This document shows, in pieces, positions 20,032-30,145 of a stretch of 64,000 nt of DNA. The translations under genes were made by a program, and so were the position numbers. The stretch is taken from positions 18,747 through 82,746 of the forward strand of contig CAYLYF010000001.1 in the NCBI GenBank assembly GCA_964387595.1, given 5' to 3'. Position 1 is the stretch's first letter; every line of letters begins with the position of its first letter. The DNA is from an uncultured Thermodesulfobacteriota bacterium. GTDB taxonomy: Bacteria > Desulfobacterota > WTBG01 > CAIYCZ01 > CAIRTM01. The notes beneath the pieces were generated by a model. The model did not search any database. It was not told the DNA's origin and saw only the letters and a program-made list of their open reading frames with translations.

Positions 20032-21042
20032 TTAACAGATCCTGGGCAGAAGTTCTCCTGCAGGAAGGTCGATCTGTCGGGTTCCGCCGATCACGGTTTG
20101 AAGAATGAGTCTGCCTTTTTTTTCTTCACTGACTTCTCCGATGATGGCGGCATTTTTTCCAAAAGGATTATTTTTCATTATTTCCAGGATATTTTGAGCA
20201 TAAGATGATGGACAAAAAAGCACCATCTTTCCCTCATTGGCAAAAAAGAGCGGATCAAGACCCAGTATTTCACAGGCTCCCCGAACCTTGTCATTAATCG
20301 GGATTTTCACCTCATCAATATTTATGGTGTGACCGGATTGTGATGCGATTTCTGAAAGGATGCCGCCGAGTCCGCCCCGGGTGGCATCCCGCATGCAGTG
20401 GACTTCAGGACAGGATTTAAGTATCTGTTCAACAAGTTTATTCAGTGGGGCTGAATCGCTGATAATGTCTGAACTTAGATTAAGGTCTTCTCTTTTGTTA
20501 AGAATGGCGGCTGCATGATCGCCGATGGTGCCGTTTATGATGATGGCATCGCCCGGTCTTATTTCCTGGACAGAGATGTTTGCCTCATACTTAATGAGGC
20601 CTATGGCGGAAGTGTTGATAAAGATTTTGTCTGCGGCCTCTTTATTAACGACTTTGGTGTCCCCGGTAATGATGTGAACGCCGGCATTTTTGGCAGCTTG
20701 ACCCATTGATGAAACAATTTCCTCCAGTTCTGAAATCTCAAATCCCTCCTGGATGATAAATCCCGCACTCAGGTAAAGGGGTTTTCCGCCGCGCATGGCA
20801 ATATCATTTACGGTGCCGTGAACTGACAATGAGCCGATGTTTCCACCGGGAAAGAAGATCGGATTTATGACGTATGAGTCTGTGGTGAAGCAGAGTTTGG
20901 TGCCGTTTATATCAAAGGCGGTGCTGTCTTCCATCTGGGAAAGAAGGGGGTTGTCAAAATGGGGTTTAAATTTTTCGGAGATGAGTTCCCCGGTTAATAG
21001 GCCGCCGCTGCCGTGGTCGAGGAGAATCTTGTTGTCACTCAT
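20032..21042 (-). CDS. hypE: hydrogenase maturation protein HypE
   Basis: 336 aa, AIR-synthase-like. MSDNKILLDHGSGG N-terminus. C-terminal PRIC. Confidence 0.9.
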   Translation of the reverse strand: MSDNKILLDHGSGGLLTGELISEKFKPHFDNPLLSQMEDSTAFDINGTKLCFTTDSYVINPIFFPGGNIGSLSVHGTVNDIAMRGGKPLYLSAGFIIQEGFEISELEEIVSSMGQAAKNAGVHIITGDTKVVNKEAADKIFINTSAIGLIKYEANISVQEIRPGDAIIINGTIGDHAAAILNKREDLNLSSDIISDSAPLNKLVEQILKSCPEVHCMRDATRGGLGGILSEIASQSGHTINIDEVKIPINDKVRGACEILGLDPLFFANEGKMVLFCPSSYAQNILEIMKNNPFGKNAAIIGEVSEEKKGRLILQTVIGGTRQIDLPAGELLPRIC

Positions 21043-21204
21043 AATACACCTTTTTGTTTATAATATGTTTTGGTTTTTAGAGATAATTCTTTTTCTTTAA
21101 AGGGTCCAGGGTTTCTCGGTCGTAGCAGAGAGCAGAGTAGAGCATTTTTGTTTCCAGATGTTATTCTCTATGCTTTTACCGTCATGCGCTTTGTATTCAT
21201 CGTC

Positions 21205-23472
21205 TTACAGCTGTGAAGCAGCACAAACGGCCTGTCCCAGGGAGATGCCGCCGTCATTGGGGGGGACAAGGCTGTGGGTGATGACTTCAAAGCCTTTATC
21301 CGCCATTTTCTTTACGCATCCTTCAAGAAGTATTCTATTTTGGAAACATCCACCGCTTAATACTACCCGGTTTAATTCTTTTTCATTTCTTAATATTTCA
21401 GCCATTTTTGTAAAAGAATCTACAAGCGTAGCGTGAAAAGTCGATGCCAGATATTTATTGTCTTTGCGGTCAAGCTTCATTTCAATAATATGCTTTATTG
21501 CAGGCATCAGGTCAAGGATATGGGCGTTTTGTTCATGGGTGATGCTGAATTCAAGTTCTGTATCATCACGCTGTTCTGCAATTGCTTCAAGTTCCATGGC
21601 AGCCTGTCCTTCAAAGCTTACGCTGTTTTTTATGCCGATCAGGCAGGAAACGCCGTCAAAGAGTCTTCCCAGACTTGAGGTGGTAAAACAGTTAATTTCT
21701 TTTTTAATGGCAGTTTCAAAAAGGTCAAGATTTTCATCTGTTGGGCAAAGGCTGAGTTCTTTTGCCAGCTGTTTCCATGAGCCGGGATGGGTTGTTCTGA
21801 TCAGGGAAAGTGCAATGCGCCATATCCGGCGGATGGAACTTTCTCCTCCGGGAATGAGGATGTTTTTTAAATGTCCTGCACGGCTAAAATCTTTTTCATT
21901 TGCAATTAAAAATTCTCCGCCCCAAACTGTATTCTCCGGGCCGTAACCGGTACCGTCCATTGCAATTCCAATAACATCTCCGGATATATTATTTTCTGCC
22001 ATACAGCTTACAATATGGGCATGGTGATGCTGGACCGGGATGATTCTTTCAGGTCCCATTTCTTTTGCAAGGGCCGTAGAAAAATAATCCGGGTGCATGT
22101 CGCAGGCAATGATTTTTGGGGATGTATTTGAAACAGCTTTAAGCAGGTTTACGCTTTCGCGAAGAAAATCACGGGCCTCAGGTGTTTCAAGGTCACCAAT
22201 ATGGGGGCTTAAATAGGCTTTTCCCCCTTTCGTAATACAGGCTGTTGATTTCAGGTGAGGGCCCAGAGCTAGTACCTCAGGATAGTTCTTGTTAAGCCTG
22301 ACGGGTGAGGGCACATAACCCCGTGAACGGCGAAGCATAACCGGATTTCCGGATAATACCATTGCGATCGAATCATCGTTTCTGACCCGTATGTCCCGGT
22401 TGTGGATCAGGAAAAATTCTGCAATACCTGAAAGTCTTGTTACGGCTTCTCTGTTCCCAATGCAGATCGGCTCATCTTTTTTATTGGCACTTGTCATGAC
22501 AAGTGCCTGGAAACTGTTTTCAAAAAGAAGATGCTGAAGCGGTGTGTAGGGAAGCATGATTCCAAGAGAGGGAAGATCTCCGGCGATCACTTTTGCAAGG
22601 GAAGAAAAAGTTTTCTTTTTTAACAGTACAATTGGGCATTCTGGAGAAAGAAGCAATTTTTTTTCTTTTTCATTTATCTCACACAGCTCTGCGGCCTGCA
22701 GTATATCTTTTACCATTACAGCAAAGGGTTTTTCTTCCCTGAACTTGACTTCCCTTAGTTTTTTCACTGCCTCGCTGTTATATGCATCAGCACACAGGTG
22801 AAAACCGCCAAGACCTTTTATGGCTGCTATCTGCCCGTTTGAAAGAATCTCTATAATATCAAGAACCGGATCATCCGAGCTTATTTCGTTACCTTCTTTG
22901 TCCAGCAGCCATAATTTTGGGCCGCAGTCCGGACAGGCATTGGGCTCAGCATGGTAGCGCCGGTTATTCGGATCTTCAAATTCTCGGCTGCAGGAGCGGC
23001 ACAAAGGAAAACAGGACATGGAGGTATTGGCCCGGTCGTAAGGCACATTTTTTAATATGGTTAATCTCGGGCCGCAGTTTGTGCAGTTAATAAAAGGATA
23101 GCGGTATCTCCGGTTGAGCGGGTTTAAAAGGTCATCTTTGCAGGCGATGCAGGTGGCTATGTCAGGCGTGATCAGAACGTCAGGACGTGCGTCAGACGTA
23201 CTTTTAAGGATTTTAAATTGCCGGTCATTTTCCGGAGGAATATCTTCTGTTACGACTTTTTCAACCTGTGACATGGGGGGGTAGCAGCTTGATAGTTCAT
23301 TGTAAAAGAGATCCAGTGCAAATGATCCCCCTTCAACCTCAAGCAGAACCCCCTTTCCGGTGTTTTTTATAAAGCCTGTAAGGCTATGACGGCACACAAG
23401 TCTGTAAAGGGAAGGGCGAAAACCCACTCCCTGAACAATTCCTGTAAATAAGGAGCGAAGCCGTTTCTGCAT
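21205..23472 (-). CDS. hypF: carbamoyltransferase HypF
   Basis: 755 aa. Acylphosphatase domain, two CxxC Zn-finger pairs, YrdC-like and Kae1-like domains. Confidence 0.9.
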   Translation of the reverse strand: MQKRLRSLFTGIVQGVGFRPSLYRLVCRHSLTGFIKNTGKGVLLEVEGGSFALDLFYNELSSCYPPMSQVEKVVTEDIPPENDRQFKILKSTSDARPDVLITPDIATCIACKDDLLNPLNRRYRYPFINCTNCGPRLTILKNVPYDRANTSMSCFPLCRSCSREFEDPNNRRYHAEPNACPDCGPKLWLLDKEGNEISSDDPVLDIIEILSNGQIAAIKGLGGFHLCADAYNSEAVKKLREVKFREEKPFAVMVKDILQAAELCEINEKEKKLLLSPECPIVLLKKKTFSSLAKVIAGDLPSLGIMLPYTPLQHLLFENSFQALVMTSANKKDEPICIGNREAVTRLSGIAEFFLIHNRDIRVRNDDSIAMVLSGNPVMLRRSRGYVPSPVRLNKNYPEVLALGPHLKSTACITKGGKAYLSPHIGDLETPEARDFLRESVNLLKAVSNTSPKIIACDMHPDYFSTALAKEMGPERIIPVQHHHAHIVSCMAENNISGDVIGIAMDGTGYGPENTVWGGEFLIANEKDFSRAGHLKNILIPGGESSIRRIWRIALSLIRTTHPGSWKQLAKELSLCPTDENLDLFETAIKKEINCFTTSSLGRLFDGVSCLIGIKNSVSFEGQAAMELEAIAEQRDDTELEFSITHEQNAHILDLMPAIKHIIEMKLDRKDNKYLASTFHATLVDSFTKMAEILRNEKELNRVVLSGGCFQNRILLEGCVKKMADKGFEVITHSLVPPNDGGISLGQAVCAASQL

Positions 23473-23474
23473 GT

Positions 23475-24131
23475 TTATCCTTTAAACTGTTCTATTTGAC
23501 CGGTCAGCCAGGAGACCCATTGGTCAAGCCCTTGACCTGTTTTGCATGAAACCCCAAAGATGTTTAAGTCCGGGTTAATGCTTTTTGCGTCTTTTAAAGC
23601 CTTTTTCATATCAAAATCAACATAGGGTAAAAGGTCGGTTTTGTTGATGAGCAGCGCGGTGGATTCCTTGAACATGAGCGGGTATTTCATGGGTTTGTCC
23701 GCACCTTCCGGCGTGCTTAGCAGCATTACTTTTATATTCTCCCCAACTGAAAATTCTGCAGGGCATACTAGGTTTCCCACGTTTTCATTGATGATGAAAT
23801 CGATCTCATCCATATTAAACCCGGGGAAGGTCTCACGGATCATATTGCCGTCAATGTGACAGGCCCCGCCGGTGTTGATCTGGGCAACCGGAATGTCGAG
23901 CTTTGCGATCCGCTCAGCATCATAGGTGTCCTGAATATCGCCTTCGATGACTGCTATCCGGAACTTATCTTTAAGCGCCTTGATCGTTTCTTCAACCAGG
24001 GTTGTTTTTCCGGCTCCCGGTGAACTCATCAGGTTGATCACGTAAATATTTTTTTCGTCAAACAGTTTCCTGTTTTCCTGAGCGATCCTGTTGTTTGCGT
24101 CAAGTACATTCTTTACCACGTTTATTTTCAT
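23475..24131 (-). CDS. hypB: hydrogenase nickel-incorporation GTPase HypB
   Basis: 218 aa. P-loop SPGAGKTT. CH motif GGACH. Confidence 0.9.
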   Translation of the reverse strand: MKINVVKNVLDANNRIAQENRKLFDEKNIYVINLMSSPGAGKTTLVEETIKALKDKFRIAVIEGDIQDTYDAERIAKLDIPVAQINTGGACHIDGNMIRETFPGFNMDEIDFIINENVGNLVCPAEFSVGENIKVMLLSTPEGADKPMKYPLMFKESTALLINKTDLLPYVDFDMKKALKDAKSINPDLNIFGVSCKTGQGLDQWVSWLTGQIEQFKG

Positions 24132-24148
24132 TTTTAAAACCTCTCGGG

Positions 24149-25237
24149 TCAGTGATATTTATAATAGGTTGAACAGGTGCCTTCAGAAGACACCATGCAG
24201 GGGCCTATGGGATTTATAGGGGTACATGCTTTCTTGAAAAGCGGGCACTCCCCGGGATTTTTTATGCCGCGCAGGATGTCCCCGCAGGAACAGCCTGTAA
24301 TTTCTTCAGGAATGATTTCCGGTATTTCAAAACGTTTCAGAGCATCAAAACTGCTGTATTCATTTTTAAAGACAAGTCCGCTTCCGGGAATGTTGCCGAT
24401 GCCTCTCCATTCAGCAGAACAGGCTTCAAAAACTTCAAACAGGATGTTCCGTGCCTTTTTGTTTCCCTCCGGGGAAACCGCTCGTTTGTACTGAATCTCG
24501 ATTTTTTTCGTATCGTTAATAATCTGTTCGAGTATTAAATAGATGCCTTCCAGAATATCAACAGGCTCAAATCCGGTGATGACTGCACTGCGTCCTGCCT
24601 TTATAATATCTTTATAAGCCTCTGTTCCGGTAATGGTGCTCACATGTCCTGGACACAGAAAGCCGTCAATGGCAAGGGCTGGATCTTCAATCAGTATCTT
24701 TATAGCCGGGGGCATTGTCTTCATTACACAATACACAGAAAAATTCCAGATATCTTTTTTATGACATGTTTTGATTACAGATGCAATTGTTGGGGAAGTG
24801 GTCTCAAATCCGATTCCCATAAAGATGATCTCTTTTGAAGGATTGTCCTGGGCTAGTTTGATGCAGTCGGCAGCAGAGGTAACGATCCGGATGTCTGCGC
24901 CTTCTGCTTTTGCCGTCTGAAGGCTTCTCCGGTTTGAACCCGGCACCCGTATCATATCTCCAAAGGTTGTAAATATGGTATTTTTAATATTGGAAAGAAA
25001 GACGGCCGTATCGACTTCGCGGGCAGAAGTGACGCATACCGGGCAGCCCGGGCCTGAAACCAGTTTGATGTTTTCAGGGAGCAGGTTCCGTATACCGAAT
25101 TTACCGATGGCATTTGTGTGGCTGCCGCACACTTCCATGAGGGTGATATTTCCGGGTATTTTTTCTGCACGGGTTTTTATGCCTTTAATCAGGCTTTTTA
25201 CCAGGTCAGGGTTTCGGTATTCATCAATTAATTTCAT
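24149..25237 (-). CDS. hypD: hydrogenase maturation factor HypD
   Basis: Motifs CPVCVTS, GFETT, CPGHVS. Start refined to internal Met (MKLIDEYRNPD). Confidence 0.9.
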   Translation of the reverse strand: MKLIDEYRNPDLVKSLIKGIKTRAEKIPGNITLMEVCGSHTNAIGKFGIRNLLPENIKLVSGPGCPVCVTSAREVDTAVFLSNIKNTIFTTFGDMIRVPGSNRRSLQTAKAEGADIRIVTSAADCIKLAQDNPSKEIIFMGIGFETTSPTIASVIKTCHKKDIWNFSVYCVMKTMPPAIKILIEDPALAIDGFLCPGHVSTITGTEAYKDIIKAGRSAVITGFEPVDILEGIYLILEQIINDTKKIEIQYKRAVSPEGNKKARNILFEVFEACSAEWRGIGNIPGSGLVFKNEYSSFDALKRFEIPEIIPEEITGCSCGDILRGIKNPGECPLFKKACTPINPIGPCMVSSEGTCSTYYKYH

Positions 25238-25252
25238 GGGTTTAAAAATATT

Positions 25253-25280
25253 TTGCCGGTGGCAGGCCACCGGCAAAATT
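25253..25280 (-). terminator. perfect 12-bp-stem, 4-nt-loop hairpin with flanking A/T runs between the barrel gene and hypD (candidate intrinsic terminator or attenuator)
   Basis: ttttgccggtgg-cagg-ccaccggcaaaa. On the minus strand it is followed by tattttt. Confidence 0.5.
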
Positions 25281-25318
25281 CTATTGCTTATTGTGAACTT
25301 TATTCTATGAACATCATA

Positions 25319-26224
25319 CTAGAAATAGAATACAACATCAAAGGTAAAACGGTCGCGCATCAGGTTGGCATTCTTGTCTGTGAGGGGGGTCTCGTAGGCA
25401 ACACCAATATCCATATTGTCCATGCAGCGGAAACGCATGCCTGCTGCCAGGGTCACGATATGTTTGTTTCTTTTTCCATGGCTTGAACCCAGGTTGATCA
25501 GGTCGCCGCCTTCAAATTCAGCAATGCTGGCGACCAGCTCTTTGCGGTTTCCTTCTTTTACAACAGCAAAATGATTTAGCTCGATGAGCGGAAATATTCT
25601 GGGGGTTAATGCATAACTTACGTGAAGGTTGTTGAACATGATGGTGCTTTCGTCATCACGGTCTAAAGGAATGATCGCTCCCGTTCCGCCGTTGATCTGG
25701 AATTTGCCCAGTCCTTTTAAGAAACTAATTTGAGCAGAAATGTTTCCGTCTCCATTACCCTGGAATACGTCGTTGCTTCCCTGGGTGAGTTCAACCATCA
25801 AGCGTCCGGAAACGATAAGTTCTTTTTCAGGATTATAGATAAATGCATATTTTACGCCGGCACCATAGTCGCCCCAGCCGTCTTCACTTGAAAGGGTATT
25901 GTCAGGATTAAAATCAATATAACCTGTTTTTTCTGCAACAAGTGAAAGCTTTTCATTGATTGCATACGTGAGCTGAAGTGCTGTGACATTTAGGTCACCG
26001 TCAAGTTTAACATCACCAAGTGCAGTTTTGATATGTTCAGGCATTTTCTGACGAGCATGAATCACTCTAATTGATGTTTCATTACGTGGATCAATTGAAT
26101 AGACCGGGTTGCTTAAGGGCCTGATAAACCGTGAAAACGGTTTTTCATCCTCAGCAAAAGCTGAAATGCTGGTCAAGAAACTGAGTGCAGTTGTGATTGC
26201 AAGAATAATCAATTTGTTTTTCAT
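25319..26224 (-). CDS. outer-membrane beta-barrel protein (MetA-pathway/transporter-like OMP)
   Basis: 301 aa. Signal peptide. Alternating amphipathic strands. C-terminal aromatic ...VVFYF. Confidence 0.55.
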   Translation of the reverse strand: MKNKLIILAITTALSFLTSISAFAEDEKPFSRFIRPLSNPVYSIDPRNETSIRVIHARQKMPEHIKTALGDVKLDGDLNVTALQLTYAINEKLSLVAEKTGYIDFNPDNTLSSEDGWGDYGAGVKYAFIYNPEKELIVSGRLMVELTQGSNDVFQGNGDGNISAQISFLKGLGKFQINGGTGAIIPLDRDDESTIMFNNLHVSYALTPRIFPLIELNHFAVVKEGNRKELVASIAEFEGGDLINLGSSHGKRNKHIVTLAAGMRFRCMDNMDIGVAYETPLTDKNANLMRDRFTFDVVFYF

Positions 26225-26321
26225 GGGTTGCCTCCTCTTGAAGTTCTATAGTTTAACCTAGTTTATACAGTATTCGTTTTTGCTTGACGGGGTGTTTCCT
26301 TTTGTATTTCTTTCCTTTCTG

Positions 26322-26573
26322 TTAGGGATGTGATTCTATTTTTTTGTCCTCGTCTTTATCTAATATTTCCTGTAACAGCTTAAGCCGTTCTCGGGCTTCA
26401 ATATGATCTACCTTATGAATGGCAAAGCCGGCATGACAAATTACGTAGTCTCCAATGCTGACATCTTCATCTATAATGTCGAGACAGGTCTCTCGCTGTG
26501 TACCGCCCACATCTATGGCAGCATAGTTGTCTTCATCTATGGAGAGGATCTTACCCGGGAAGCCTATGCACAT
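26322..26573 (-). CDS. hypC: hydrogenase assembly chaperone HypC/HupF
   Basis: Start refined to MCIGFPGKI (essential Cys2). 84-aa HypC-sized product. Confidence 0.85.
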   Translation of the reverse strand: MCIGFPGKILSIDEDNYAAIDVGGTQRETCLDIIDEDVSIGDYVICHAGFAIHKVDHIEARERLKLLQEILDKDEDKKIESHP

Positions 26574-26772
26574 GATTTTTCCTTTAATAGTGGATGGCTC
26601 GTCAAAAGTCCAACTTCTGTGTTGCACTGCTTCCTCTGTCATTGCAGCGTACGAAAGTACGCCTCATTCCTTTGGACTTGCGCGCCTTGAATTTGAAGCT
26701 TTTTACTTTGCCATCTTTTTAAATTATCATGACTTAAACAGCAGTATGAATTTTGTTAACTAAGCTGTTAAA

Positions 26773-27117
26773 TCAGTCTACATCCATATCAATAATTTTT
26801 AGCTCTTCAGTCCCACCGATAAGGGTGACCTCGGGACTGCCACACTTCGGGCAGTCTGATCCGAACTCTTTTACCTCCAGGTCTTTGCTGCATTCGAAGC
26901 AGTGAATTCGGGGAGGAAGTATCTTGAAATTCAGTTTAGCCCCTTCTGCGCAGCTGCCTTTTGCCTGTATTTCAAAGGCGGTACAAAGGGTGGAAGTCTC
27001 AACGCAGGCAAGTCTGCCAAGTGTCAGACTAAGAGAATTAACCTTTTTAAAACCGTGTTTTCCAGCATACTCATCAATTATTTCAAGTATGGACTGTGCC
27101 AGAGAAAGTTCATGCAC
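26773..27117 (-). CDS. hypA: hydrogenase nickel insertion protein HypA
   Basis: GTG start giving (M)HELSLAQSI. Zn-finger CFECS...CPKCGS. Confidence 0.85.
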   Translation of the reverse strand: MHELSLAQSILEIIDEYAGKHGFKKVNSLSLTLGRLACVETSTLCTAFEIQAKGSCAEGAKLNFKILPPRIHCFECSKDLEVKEFGSDCPKCGSPEVTLIGGTEELKIIDMDVD

Positions 27118-27607
27118 AATTTTTAAGCTCCGGAACAATATTAAGTTTTTGAAGCTCCTTTAATAGTAAATCTTCCATCTTCTGAAAACGCTTTTGTATT
27201 TTATCAGTCATCTCAAGATTCATATCTCCGTATTCATACGGGACGATACAGAGAAAAACTGTTTCAGGCGAGTCTTCAATGAGTTCTGCCTGATTGAGGA
27301 CATCAAAGAATTCCACTTCGTGCGCAGAGGTAGGCTCTGGCAGATGAAGCTTCATTTCCTCTTTGTTGAAACGGTAAATAGACCCCGGCGTGTCATCTGT
27401 TTTTATGGTATCTATGACGATCAGGTTTTGGGTTCCGGAGATAGTGTCCAGCAGGCTGTATCCAAGTGTTCCTCCGTCAACAATATCTGCATTTTCAGGG
27501 AAGCGGTATTTTTCATTGAAAATTCGTGTGAAATGGACACCGAAGCCTTCATCTGTCAGGAGAATGTTGCCGAGTCCGAGTACTCTCAGGTATTTTTTTT
27601 CTTCCAT
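27110..27607 (-). CDS. [NiFe] hydrogenase maturation endopeptidase (HyaD/HybD family)
   Basis: 165 aa. N-terminus LRVLGLGNILLTDEGFGVH. Confidence 0.85.
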   Translation of the reverse strand: MEEKKYLRVLGLGNILLTDEGFGVHFTRIFNEKYRFPENADIVDGGTLGYSLLDTISGTQNLIVIDTIKTDDTPGSIYRFNKEEMKLHLPEPTSAHEVEFFDVLNQAELIEDSPETVFLCIVPYEYGDMNLEMTDKIQKRFQKMEDLLLKELQKLNIVPELKNCA

Positions 27608-27663
27608 TAGGTAAGCCGTGCAGGACAGACAGAAAGGGATTTTTCTGTCTGTCCTGTAAAAGA

Positions 27664-28332
27664 TTATTTATTTTTCTTCTTAAACAACAGGCCGCTTATC
27701 ATGGAAGAAACCGTTCCTTCGCGAAAAACGCAGTCGTACCAGAAAGCCATATAAAGATGTACAATAAAAAACAGCATAAATAGCCACATGACGATGTGGT
27801 GGATGTAGCGTACACCTGCCAGACCGCCCATCATTGTTTCGACGGGTCTTAACAGTTCATATGTCCAGGCCGTGATGCCTGCATGATAGCCTGCCCCGGT
27901 TAAGATAATGCCGGTGAGAACGATCATAAACAGCATAAAGATACAGCCGCCATAAGCAAGGGATTGCATGGGCCCGTATAAAAAACGATGTGCAGGTGGT
28001 TTGTTTGATACCAGCATATAGAATTTTATCTGTTTGATCATGTTTTTTGGATCTGCCCAGGCAAAGAAGTCTTTCCAGTCTGCGTGAAAACTGGAAAAGA
28101 ACATTAAATACATTCTCCAGATGAAAATAAAAACAAGAAAAACCCCGAATAGAATATGGATAAAACGCATATCTCCCATCAGGAATTTCCAGGTTGTTTC
28201 GCCGGAGGAAACAGAGAAGGGCATTGCAATGTAAAAGCCGGTAACGATAAGTGTGATTATCGATGCTACCATGCCCCAGTGGTTAACTCGTATAGCTGGT
28301 GACCATTCTTTTTTTGCGGTCCTGGTATCCAC
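27664..28332 (-). CDS. Ni/Fe-hydrogenase b-type cytochrome subunit
   Basis: 222 aa, four TM helices with conserved His ligands. Immediately downstream of the large subunit. Confidence 0.8.
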   Translation of the reverse strand: MDTRTAKKEWSPAIRVNHWGMVASIITLIVTGFYIAMPFSVSSGETTWKFLMGDMRFIHILFGVFLVFIFIWRMYLMFFSSFHADWKDFFAWADPKNMIKQIKFYMLVSNKPPAHRFLYGPMQSLAYGGCIFMLFMIVLTGIILTGAGYHAGITAWTYELLRPVETMMGGLAGVRYIHHIVMWLFMLFFIVHLYMAFWYDCVFREGTVSSMISGLLFKKKNK

Positions 28333-28419
28333 CGTTAGCTCCTTTCAAATTTAACAGCTAAGTATAAACAATGTTTTTAGCTGTGTTTTTTGTTTTATTT
28401 TATGACTTTAGTCTTTCAC

Positions 28420-30090
28420 CTAAGCCACTTTAAACTTCTTCACTTTGTTTGTTTTCGGATCAATGATATGAACAGCACATGCCATGCATGGATCAAAGGA
28501 ATGGATGGTCCGGATGATCTCAAGCGGCTGATCAATGTTTGAAAGTTTTGTTCCAATAAGAGCTTCTTCATACGGGCCGCGTTTTCCGGATTTATCCTTT
28601 GGCGCCGCATTCCAGGTGGACGGGACGATGGCCTGGTAGTTTTCAATGACCTTATTGTCTATGTTAATCCAGTGACCCAGTGCACCGCGGGGAACTTCGT
28701 TCATGCCGCGTCCCTGGCTTTTTTGCGGAACATCACAGCGGGTCCAGGTCCGGGTGTCGCCTGATTTAAGGTTTGCGATCAGTTCATTGACCCAGCCTTC
28801 GGTACGATCAGCCACCAACTTTGTTTCAAGTGCACGGGCTGCTGTTCTTCCCAGGGTTGAAAAAAGAACTGTTATCGGAAGACCGGTTGCTTTCAGGGTG
28901 GAGTCGACCAGATGCTTGATCTCGTTATGTCCTTGTGAGTAACCCACTATAAAACGGGCCAGAGGACCGACTTCATAGGGCAGTCCATCGTAACTCGGCG
29001 CTTTACACCAGGTGTATTTCTCATCTCCTTTTACATTTCCTTTGCTGTCATAGCCGGTATATTCTGGTTCTGTCTTTCCTTTGTAGGGGTGAAGCGATTC
29101 TTCGCCCTTATACCAGGAATGTTTTACTCCTTCGGTTATTTTGTTTTCATCCAGTTCTAGAGGATTTGAGATGTCTCCGCCAACCACAACGCCTTTTGGG
29201 AGGAGAGTTTTCTGCCAGTCATCGTCAAGCGGGAATCCGCCGTAACACAGGTAATTCTTCACGCCTGCGCCGATACCGGCTGCGCCTTCATCTTTGTATG
29301 CGCCGGCTGCGATCAGCACGTCAGGAATATAGGCTGTTTCCATAAAGTTCTGTAATTCTTTGAATTTGAAAAGATACTGTCCGATCCTGTTTGCATTAAG
29401 GTCGTCTACGCAGGTCACTCCGCCCACCACAAGGCTTTGCGGGTGGGGGTTCTTTCCGCCGAAGATCGCCATCATCTGTGCGCCGAGTTTTGAAACCTTA
29501 AGTGCGTCGAGGTAATGAGAGACGATCACCAGGTTTTCTTCCGGAGACAGTTTGAAGGATGAATTGCCCCAGTAGGCATTGGCAAAAGGTCCGAGGCGTC
29601 CGGATTTTACAAACTTGGTCAGTCTTTTCTGTACGGCCCTGTAGTTTGTTTCTGAGCAGTTGTATGGATTATCATTATAGCTCTTGGCCAGATCCACTGC
29701 TTTTTTCGGGTCTGCTGAAAGTGCACTGACGATATCTACCCAGTCCAGTCCGTGCAGGTGATAGAAGTGCATGATGTGATCATAAATAAACTGTGATGCC
29801 TTGATCAGGTTCCTGACCAGACGGGCGTTCGGTGGCGGGGTCACGCCAAAGGCATCTTCACAGGCCATGATGCTTGCTTCATAGTGAGAGTAGGTACATA
29901 CACCGCAAAAGCGCTGTACGATGAGTCCCGCATCTCTCGGGTCACGGCCTTTTAAGATGGTTTCGATTCCGCGCCATAGCGTTATTGAACTCCAGGCATC
30001 CTGGATTACATTATTGTCATCTACTTCGACTTCTATTCTTAAATGTCCTTCGATCCGTGTGATCGGATCAACAACAATTCTTTTTCCCAT
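28420..30090 (-). CDS. [NiFe] hydrogenase large subunit (group 1, Cys-type)
   Basis: 556 aa. N-terminal RIEGH...CGVC. C-terminal DPCMACAVH plus a cleavable tail. Confidence 0.95.
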   Translation of the reverse strand: MGKRIVVDPITRIEGHLRIEVEVDDNNVIQDAWSSITLWRGIETILKGRDPRDAGLIVQRFCGVCTYSHYEASIMACEDAFGVTPPPNARLVRNLIKASQFIYDHIMHFYHLHGLDWVDIVSALSADPKKAVDLAKSYNDNPYNCSETNYRAVQKRLTKFVKSGRLGPFANAYWGNSSFKLSPEENLVIVSHYLDALKVSKLGAQMMAIFGGKNPHPQSLVVGGVTCVDDLNANRIGQYLFKFKELQNFMETAYIPDVLIAAGAYKDEGAAGIGAGVKNYLCYGGFPLDDDWQKTLLPKGVVVGGDISNPLELDENKITEGVKHSWYKGEESLHPYKGKTEPEYTGYDSKGNVKGDEKYTWCKAPSYDGLPYEVGPLARFIVGYSQGHNEIKHLVDSTLKATGLPITVLFSTLGRTAARALETKLVADRTEGWVNELIANLKSGDTRTWTRCDVPQKSQGRGMNEVPRGALGHWINIDNKVIENYQAIVPSTWNAAPKDKSGKRGPYEEALIGTKLSNIDQPLEIIRTIHSFDPCMACAVHIIDPKTNKVKKFKVA

Positions 30091-30145
30091 TTTATTTATT
30101 CCTCCTCGGAATTAACATTAAAGATATTATATAAAGGTCGGCTCT

